From: Armatimonadota bacterium
Lineage (GTDB): Bacteria > Armatimonadota > UBA10988
Assembly (NCBI GenBank): GCA_016235455.1
Contig: JACRKZ010000053.1
Coordinates: 1-22,040 of the forward strand
DNA length: 22,040 bases
Reading direction: 5' to 3'
Positions 8,534-15,447 of this stretch are shown piece by piece; the first letter of the stretch is position 1; each line of letters begins with the position of its first letter. A model generated the notes under the pieces. That model searched no databases. It saw only the letters and a list, made by a program, of their open reading frames with translations, and was not told where the DNA came from. Position numbers and translations under genes: made by a program.

Positions 8534-11521
8534 CTACGGTTTGAGGTACTCCAGGCCCACCGGGTACACCTTCGTCGGTTCGTACACATCACGCGCCAGA
8601 TCGGCCGTCTCCCACAAGGTCCGCGCTCGCCAGAGACGTCCTTCGGCCAGGCAGGTTCGGTACTCGGCCAGCGCCGCATCCAGCCCCCGGCGACCGGCGT
8701 CGCTCAGCCCGGTCAGCCGGAGCAGCGGCTCGGCCATGGCGGCCACGCGCGCGCGCTCGGCCGCCGGCACCGTCGTCTCGACGCGCGCCAGCCGCGTGCC
8801 GGCCGGCGCGGTGCAGGCCAGCAGCCCGAACGGCGGCACGGTCAGCTTCGCGCGCCCGCCATCGACCGGCAAGGCCGCGCCGCCAACGAGCCGTCGCACC
8901 GGGCCGGCGCCAGCCAGCGTCAGCGCCACCTCCACCGGGTAGCTCTCGCGGTTGACGCAATAGAACAGCGAATCGCCGGGCCGTGCCAGTTCCCACACGG
9001 CCACGGGATCGCGCGCGTCGGGCCGGGGCACAAACCGTTCGGCCGGCAGCCGTCGATACTCGGCCAGGAACTCGCGCAGCAGCGGCTGGCCCAGCGTGTA
9101 CGCGTTGCCGCCATCGCCCAGCAGGACCGCGTCGCCGTCGGCCATGGCCAGGGCATAGCGCTCCAGGTAAGCGCGCCCCGCCGGGTTGACCACGCCGCTG
9201 ATCCACTTCTCCTTGGTGTCCGCCGGGAGGCCGATGCTGACGGGCTTTAGGACTTTCTCCGTGGCCTCGAAGTAGCCAGCGCCGAAAAGGAAGGCGCCGC
9301 CCGGCACCGAGGTCAGGCGCGCCGAGCCGGTCAGTTCCTCACGCATTTCCGGGTCGGCCAGATGGCCGGCATAGGTGCGCTGCCGGCGGCCGTAGGCGTG
9401 GCGCGCGTTGATCAGCACCAGGCCGTCGATCTGGGCCAGCCGCGCCATGTCCAGGCCCGCCTCGCGGTCCGCGTCGAACAGCGTGCTAAACAGCTTCAGG
9501 TCAGGCCTTACGGTGCGCACTTGGGCGACCAGCGCGGCATAGAGTTCGGCTACCTTGGCGCAGCGCCAGTCGATCCACCGTGCCCGCGCGTTGGCCATGA
9601 GCCAGTCGTAGCGCTTGGTGTAGCGGTCGGCCGCGCGCGGTGGCACCGGCACGTCGACCTGGGCCTCGCGCTCGAACAGACCGATGGCCAGGTCGTCGTA
9701 GCCCCAGTCGAGCGAGTGGAAGTTGAGCAGCGACGGGTTGGCCCAGCTCATCTGGCGCAGGCTGACGCCGGCGAAGGCCGGGGAGTCGGCGTAGCGCGCG
9801 GCCATCTCGCCGACCAGGCCCAGGTACCAGGCGCGGTTGGCCGGGTGCAGCGGGTGGAACATCGGGCCGTGAGCGGCGTAGCCGCTGCGTGCACCGGTCT
9901 TCGAGATCAGCACGTTGTCGCCCGCTGGCCCGGCGTAGTCCGGGTCGCCCAGCTCGCGGCACTCGGGGTGCAACTCGGGCACGAGCCGCAGGCCGTACTT
10001 CTCGCAGGTCAGCGCCAGCACCCGCAGCACGTCGGGCGTGGTGGGCTCGGCGAACTGGCGGTTGTAGGCCGAGGGATACAGGCTCATCTGGTAGACCGCG
10101 GCGGTTGGCATGAGCAGGTTGCCGCCCATGTAGGCCACCTCCCGCGCCCAGTTGTCGGCTGAGCGCACCGCGTCGACCACGCCGCCTTTCTTGCCGCCGT
10201 AAAAGCCGGCGAAGTTGCTGCCTTCCTCATACCAATTGGCGAAGAGGCGGCCATTGTCGGGTACGTCCAAGGGCGGGATCTCGCCGTCGACCCGGTAGAC
10301 GCGCACCTTGGCCGCGGCGGCGCGGAGCCCGTTGTGGGCCGGCATGAAGACGATGCGTGGCGCGGCGGTGCGCGGCCAGAACAGCAGCGACTGCGTCTGC
10401 ATCGCGCCCGTGCAGGCCCACGACCCGCCGGAATCGACGCCGCCGGCCACGGGATAGTCCTCGGTGGAGGCTTCGCGCAGCACGATCAGGAAGGTGCGGT
10501 AGGCGTCGTCGGGGTAGTCGATCTCGACCTGGTACGGCCGACCGACCTCGGGCGTGGCCAGCGTGTAGGCGAACCAGCTCTCGGCCTCGCCCTTGTGCTG
10601 CGCGCTGAGGAAGCCGACCTCGCCCGACTGCCGGTAGCGCAGGCCGGCTTGCTCCACCAGCGTACTGGCGCCGCTCTGCTCGTAGTCGGGCGCCTTGGCG
10701 GCACAGTCCACCTCGCCGACGAGCGTGCGCCGGAGCTCGCCGCCAGGCCGCGCCACGCGCCTGGTGTCGAGCACCTGCACGGCCAGCGGCGGCAGGTCGT
10801 AGGCGGGGATGGGCTGGTCGCCGTCGAGGTAGAGCAGTTGGAAGCGGCCCTCGGTGGGGCAGGGCACCTTGGCCTGCAGCCGCAGCGGCTCGGCCACGGC
10901 GGGCAGTGTCACGTCGACCGGCGTGCCCAGCGTGTTGTCGGCCGCTCTAAGTGCCAGGCGCAGCCGCCCGGTCTGCTGCCGGCCGGCGACGGTGATGGTC
11001 AGACCCAGCGACTCGCCACGCCGCACCACGGCATCGCCCCAGCCGTGAGCAAAGGCTACGCCCAGGTTCTGCCCCAAGGCCGAGCCGGCGCGACGCACTT
11101 GGATCGCCTTGAGCGGCGGCCAGAAGCCCCACCAGATGCGCCGCTGCACGGCGATGGTGTGGGCGCCTTGGGTCAGCCAGACGTTGCCCACCTTGCCGAA
11201 GCGCTCGCCGCCGGCCTTGGGTCGTTCGCCGGCCTGCAGCGGCGGCTGGGTGTCGATCTGGAAATCGTTGAGCCCGCCGTTGGGGTCGGCCGACAGCTCG
11301 TACCAGCCGGTCTCGGGCACCTCGACGCGCACGCTGACCCGGCCGTTAAGGCTGGTACCTTCGCACTTGAGTTCGCCGGCCTTGCGTACCGCGTAGACCG
11401 CATCGGCCGGGCTGAGGTCGAACTGGTCGAAGTCGGCGATGCCGACGACCTTCTCCCACGGCGCCGCCGCGGCACCCAGTGTTGCGCAGAGAGTTGTCAA
11501 CAGCCACCAGCGTCCGAGCAC
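8534..11521 (-). CDS. Large secreted multidomain protein (~995 aa): CBM-like beta-sandwiches plus GHL10/DUF187-like TIM-barrel putative glycoside hydrolase
   Basis: In frame with track ORF 8534..12229. Start placed at GTG 11521 (GGGAG RBS; signal peptide MLGRWWLLTTLCATLGAAA). Jelly-roll-like VEVPETGWYEL...VWLTQGAHTIAV. Barrel motifs DVLRVLALTCEKYGLRLVPELH, HPLHPANRAWYLGLVGEMAARY...FAGVSL, WGYDD and WIDWRCAKV. Confidence 0.75.
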   Translation of the reverse strand: MLGRWWLLTTLCATLGAAAAPWEKVVGIADFDQFDLSPADAVYAVRKAGELKCEGTSLNGRVSVRVEVPETGWYELSADPNGGLNDFQIDTQPPLQAGERPKAGGERFGKVGNVWLTQGAHTIAVQRRIWWGFWPPLKAIQVRRAGSALGQNLGVAFAHGWGDAVVRRGESLGLTITVAGRQQTGRLRLALRAADNTLGTPVDVTLPAVAEPLRLQAKVPCPTEGRFQLLYLDGDQPIPAYDLPPLAVQVLDTRRVARPGGELRRTLVGEVDCAAKAPDYEQSGASTLVEQAGLRYRQSGEVGFLSAQHKGEAESWFAYTLATPEVGRPYQVEIDYPDDAYRTFLIVLREASTEDYPVAGGVDSGGSWACTGAMQTQSLLFWPRTAAPRIVFMPAHNGLRAAAAKVRVYRVDGEIPPLDVPDNGRLFANWYEEGSNFAGFYGGKKGGVVDAVRSADNWAREVAYMGGNLLMPTAAVYQMSLYPSAYNRQFAEPTTPDVLRVLALTCEKYGLRLVPELHPECRELGDPDYAGPAGDNVLISKTGARSGYAAHGPMFHPLHPANRAWYLGLVGEMAARYADSPAFAGVSLRQMSWANPSLLNFHSLDWGYDDLAIGLFEREAQVDVPVPPRAADRYTKRYDWLMANARARWIDWRCAKVAELYAALVAQVRTVRPDLKLFSTLFDADREAGLDMARLAQIDGLVLINARHAYGRRQRTYAGHLADPEMREELTGSARLTSVPGGAFLFGAGYFEATEKVLKPVSIGLPADTKEKWISGVVNPAGRAYLERYALAMADGDAVLLGDGGNAYTLGQPLLREFLAEYRRLPAERFVPRPDARDPVAVWELARPGDSLFYCVNRESYPVEVALTLAGAGPVRRLVGGAALPVDGGRAKLTVPPFGLLACTAPAGTRLARVETTVPAAERARVAAMAEPLLRLTGLSDAGRRGLDAALAEYRTCLAEGRLWRARTLWETADLARDVYEPTKVYPVGLEYLKP

Positions 11522-11629
11522 GGGCCTGCTCCCGCGCGGTTGTTGGCAGCGCCAGGCCCGACACCTTCCCGCGCGCACTGCTGGTAGGAGGCGAGGCGTC
11601 GGTGGCGAACGCTCGACTGGGAGTCCGCG

Positions 11630-14068
11630 ATGACACGCGCTTTGCTCGTCGTGCTGACCCTCTGTCTGGCAACGTCGGCCCACGGTGCCGATCTGCCATT
11701 GACCCTCGACTGGGCCGGCCCGCCGCCGGCGCGCGCGCTGCCCGTGACCGGCGGCCTGCCGCTGGCGCGCGGCGTGCTGCGCGACGAGCGCGAGCTGCAC
11801 CTGCTCGCCGGCGGCGCCGAGCTGCCGTTGCAGACCCGTACGCTGGCGGTCTGGCCCGATGGCAGCCTCAAGTGGGTGCTGCTCGACTTCCAGACCACGG
11901 CGGCCAGCCTGACGCTGCGCTGGGGCGTTGGGCCGCGCGCGCTGCCGGCGGGCATCGTGGCGCGCGCCGAGGCCGGCGGCGTCAGCCTCGACACCGGCGC
12001 GCTGCGGCTCTCGGTGCGCGGCGATGGCTGCGGGTTTGTCGATGAGCTCGCCGCTGGTGGCCAGCCCGCGTTGAGCGCCGGCACGCGGCGGCTGAACGTC
12101 CTGGACTTCCTGCACACCGCCGCGCCGGCCGACTACACGCCCCAGGATCGCTGGCTGAAGCAGGCCCAGAGCGATCCCTCGCGCATCGTGGTGCAGAGCG
12201 TGAGCCTCGAGCAGGCCGGCCCGTTGCACGCCGTGGTGTTGGTCACCGGCGTCTACCGATACGCGCTGGTAGGCAGCACCATCACCGGCACCGAGGTGCG
12301 TGGCGACTGCCCGTTCCGGCTACGGCTGCACGCCTATGCCGGCTCGTCGCTGCTGCGCGTGGAGCACTTCTTCAGCTACGAGGGCGATGGCGACCACGAT
12401 TTCGGCCACGCGCTAAGTCTGCGCCTGCCCGCACCGGCGGGCGCCGCGACGGTGCGCTTCGTGGGGGCCGCCACCGCTGGGGCGCCAGGCCCGCTGGCCG
12501 GCCTGTACCAGCCCGACGCTGGCAGCTATCAGGTCTGGCGATCCGAAGGCAGGGCGCTCGAGCGCCTGGCTGGCGGTCGGCGGTTCGAGGGGCTGATGGA
12601 CGTCAGCGGGCCGGGCCAGGCGCTGGCCGTGGGCGTGCGCGGGTTCTGGCAGCAGGGCGCCAAGAGCCTGCACGCCGACCTGCGCGACGGGCTGGTCTGC
12701 GCCAATCTGTGGGCGCCCGAGGCGCCGCCGCTGGACTTCCGGCGCCACGCACGGGAGAAGAGCGTCGGGGAGGCGGGCGGGCCGGACGTGGCCCAAGGCA
12801 CGCAGCCCGAGCCGTTCGCGCCGCGGGGCGACGGTCCCTGGCGCAACTACCGGCTGGCCAGCAAGGGCGTGGGCAAGAGCCACGATCTGCTCTTCTGGCT
12901 GCACGATCCGGCCCTGCCCGAGTCGGAGCTGCGCGCTGGCTGGCGCTGGCTGGAGCATCGGCCGCTGCTCTGGGCGCCGCCGCACCATTACGCCGCGAGC
13001 CTCGCGTTAGGCCCCTACCGCGAGCGTGTGGCAACCTCGTTCGACGACATCGAGGCGGCGCTGGAGCGGCCGGTGGACTTCTGGCGCCAGAGCCGCGAGA
13101 AGTTCGGTTGGTATGGCTTCTGGCTGTATGGCAACGTGGCGCAGAGCTACAACGAGTACATCCCCAACGGCCGGTGGGCCACCGATTTCGGCCGCTGGGG
13201 CTGGGCCAACGGCGACTCCGTGGGCCGGCTGGCCTATGCGCTGATGCTGCAGGCCGTGCGCAAGGGCGAGCGCGCCGACTTCGAGTTCGCCGAGAGCTAC
13301 CTGCGGCATGTGCATGATGTCTGCTCGGTGCACACGCCGGCCTGGCCCGAGAACTACTCGGGGAACTGGGTCTACGTCAAGGGTGCCGCTCACCGCCACG
13401 ACTCCTGGCCGTGGGGCGACCTCTATGTCGGGGCGCGCGGCGCGCATCCCGTGGGCGCCAAGATCGACTACTACCTGACCGGTGACGGCCGCGCCAAGGA
13501 CATCCTCGACGAGATCACGCAGCTGGCCCTGCGTAACCCCAACGGCGGCGCGGGCGACGGGCCGCTGGGGCCCAACGCGCAGATCTTCCTCTATCAGTGG
13601 GAGGCCACCGGCGACCCGGTCTGGCTGGGTCGGCTCCGGGCCGAGCTCGACGGCTCGGAGCTGCTGAAGACCGCCGAGGGTGGCTGGCTGGTGATGATGT
13701 CCGCCGCCTTTGGCATCAAGGACGCGCTGGACGAGTACATCGACCTGACCGGCGACCGCGCCAAGGCCCCGCTGGCGGCCAGCTTCGCCGAGCGCTGCCT
13801 GCCCGCGCAGATGAAGAACCACTGGACCTGGGGCGGCTACTTCCGGGTCTACGCCGCCGCCTATCGCTTCACGGGCGATGCCAAGTACCGCCGCGCCATC
13901 GAGGACATGCTGCCCCGGCTGCGCGAGGCCGACGCGGGCTCCGCGGCCACCGTGCTGCCGCCCGACCAGTGGCCCGGCCTGCCCGGCGGGCCGAGCGTGT
14001 TCGTCGACGGCAACATCATCCGCGACATTCCCTTTGCCCTGGCTGTGCTGGCCGAGGAGGGCCGCTGA
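11630..14068 (+). CDS. Secreted YetA/PcRGLX (PL26 exo-rhamnogalacturonan lyase)-like protein
   Basis: Signal peptide MTRALLVVLTLCLATSAHG. N-terminal PVTGGLPLARG...LPLQTRTLAVWPDGSLKWVLLDF matches the YetA/PcRGLX N-terminal barrel pattern. Central beta-sandwich, then WYGFWLYGN and an aromatic-rich helical toroid-like C-terminus. Confidence 0.78.
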   Translation: MTRALLVVLTLCLATSAHGADLPLTLDWAGPPPARALPVTGGLPLARGVLRDERELHLLAGGAELPLQTRTLAVWPDGSLKWVLLDFQTTAASLTLRWGVGPRALPAGIVARAEAGGVSLDTGALRLSVRGDGCGFVDELAAGGQPALSAGTRRLNVLDFLHTAAPADYTPQDRWLKQAQSDPSRIVVQSVSLEQAGPLHAVVLVTGVYRYALVGSTITGTEVRGDCPFRLRLHAYAGSSLLRVEHFFSYEGDGDHDFGHALSLRLPAPAGAATVRFVGAATAGAPGPLAGLYQPDAGSYQVWRSEGRALERLAGGRRFEGLMDVSGPGQALAVGVRGFWQQGAKSLHADLRDGLVCANLWAPEAPPLDFRRHAREKSVGEAGGPDVAQGTQPEPFAPRGDGPWRNYRLASKGVGKSHDLLFWLHDPALPESELRAGWRWLEHRPLLWAPPHHYAASLALGPYRERVATSFDDIEAALERPVDFWRQSREKFGWYGFWLYGNVAQSYNEYIPNGRWATDFGRWGWANGDSVGRLAYALMLQAVRKGERADFEFAESYLRHVHDVCSVHTPAWPENYSGNWVYVKGAAHRHDSWPWGDLYVGARGAHPVGAKIDYYLTGDGRAKDILDEITQLALRNPNGGAGDGPLGPNAQIFLYQWEATGDPVWLGRLRAELDGSELLKTAEGGWLVMMSAAFGIKDALDEYIDLTGDRAKAPLAASFAERCLPAQMKNHWTWGGYFRVYAAAYRFTGDAKYRRAIEDMLPRLREADAGSAATVLPPDQWPGLPGGPSVFVDGNIIRDIPFALAVLAEEGR

Positions 14069-14069
14069 C

Positions 14070-15332
14070 ATGAAGCTCTGGTGGCACCGGCCTACCGGCC
14101 GGTGGCGAGCGTGGGTGCTGCTGTCCCTGCCCTGGCTCGGCGCGGCGCACGGCGCCACGCTGACCGGCATCGACCTGGCCCTGACCGTCGAGCCCGGTGG
14201 CTGCGGGCTAGTCGACAAGCTGACCTACCAGGGCGCCGACCTGCTGGCCGCGCCGGCTGGCTTCGTCGGCGCGGGCCTGACGTTGGCGCCCGCGGGCGAT
14301 GGCTCGCTTGATTCGCTCTTTGGCCATCGTGCCGCCGGTGAGCTGCCCGCACGGCTCACCTCGGTCACCGCCGAGGGTGGCCGGTTGGTGGCGATCGGCG
14401 CGTATACCGACGGCCAGATCAGCGTGCCGTTCCGCCGCACCATCACCGCCGCGCCGGACGACCCGCTGCTGATCGTCGAGGAGGAGACCGACTACACCGC
14501 GCTGCCTCTCGATCGCCTGGTGGCACGGCACCGGCTGGCGCTGCCGCTGGTCCTGCCGGCGGACGCCCATGAGCGGCTGCTGGGCCTGGGTGGGCAGACG
14601 CGCGCCGAACTGTTCCGCATGGACCAGAACGATGTGCGGCGCACCAACCAGAACCTGTCGGACAACCGCGCCTACTGGCCCTACTGGGACTTGGGTGGGC
14701 TCATCCAGCGGCCCGGCGGTTACTCGCTGTGGAAGGCCAACCACGCCGACACGCTGGCGCTGCCGCTGGAAGAGGGTCAGCAGAGCGCCGGCTGGGCCGA
14801 CTTCTCCAGCCTGCGCAGTGGATTGACCCTGCGCCGGCTCGATGCCGACCGGGCCGCGCCGTATGCGCTGACCATCGATGCCCGTGCCGGCTGGCTGGCA
14901 CTCGACCTGTGGCCGGCAGCCGAGCCGCCCATCGCCGGCGCAGCGCTGGGCCGGCGCATGGTGCGCTATGCGCTGCTGCCCCACGAGACTTCGTGGCCCG
15001 TGCCCTACCGCTGCGAGTTGCCGCGCGAACGGTACCTGGCGATGTTGCGCTGGCTCGATGAGAAGGCGCCGGGCCAGCAGGACTCGCACCTCAGCTTCTA
15101 CGCGGCGGCGAGACTCGGCACCGGCGACATCGCCACGATCATGGACAAGGAGCGCATCCAGCCGTCCACCGTGCTGCGTACCTTCTACCACGCCGACGCC
15201 TGGCGCATGGGCGGCCTGGCCAAGACCATCCTGGGCATCGATGTGCCGCGCAATCAGTCCCAGGCCGCGTGGGAGCAGGTCGCCCAGAAGATGCTCGACG
15301 CCATCGCCAAGAACGGTGTGCCTCGACACTGA
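14070..15332 (+). CDS. Secreted hypothetical protein (420 aa), partial paralog of the upstream YetA/PL26-like central beta-sandwich
   Basis: In frame with track ORF 13878..15332. ATG at 14070, 1 nt after the upstream TGA, with GAGGAGG RBS. Signal-like MKLWWHRPTGRWRAWVLLSLPWLGAAHG. Has visible similarity blocks with the upstream protein. Confidence 0.8.
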   Translation: MKLWWHRPTGRWRAWVLLSLPWLGAAHGATLTGIDLALTVEPGGCGLVDKLTYQGADLLAAPAGFVGAGLTLAPAGDGSLDSLFGHRAAGELPARLTSVTAEGGRLVAIGAYTDGQISVPFRRTITAAPDDPLLIVEEETDYTALPLDRLVARHRLALPLVLPADAHERLLGLGGQTRAELFRMDQNDVRRTNQNLSDNRAYWPYWDLGGLIQRPGGYSLWKANHADTLALPLEEGQQSAGWADFSSLRSGLTLRRLDADRAAPYALTIDARAGWLALDLWPAAEPPIAGAALGRRMVRYALLPHETSWPVPYRCELPRERYLAMLRWLDEKAPGQQDSHLSFYAAARLGTGDIATIMDKERIQPSTVLRTFYHADAWRMGGLAKTILGIDVPRNQSQAAWEQVAQKMLDAIAKNGVPRH

Positions 15333-15343
15333 GCCGACCTGAA

Positions 15344-15422
15344 ACCACCACGGAGGCCACAGAGAACACAGCGATCCAGGAATCCTGATCCCTTCCGTGC
15401 GCTGTGCGTCCTCCGTGGTGGT
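15344..15422. repeat. Imperfect intergenic inverted repeat (ACCACGGAGGCCACAGAG-type REP-like element)
   Basis: 13-bp terminal arms ACCACCACGGAGG (15344-15356) and CCTCCGTGGTGGT (15410-15422), continued inward by degenerate CACAGAG/CACAGC versus GCTGTG units. Confidence 0.7.
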
Positions 15423-15447
15423 ATCGTTGGCTACGGGAGAACCAACG

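Noticed and set aside
6539-9250. 903-aa plus-strand ORF, and similar long ORFs (3931..5337, 15139..17286, 18417..20480, 13007..14218, 14208..15500)
   Set aside because: Antisense or off-frame shadows typical of high-GC coding DNA. They carry no motifs and overlap well-supported genes.
11522-12229. N-terminal extension of the 1231-aa ORF 8534..12229
   Set aside because: Overlaps the YetA-like gene on the opposite strand. A better GTG start with RBS and signal peptide exists at 11521.
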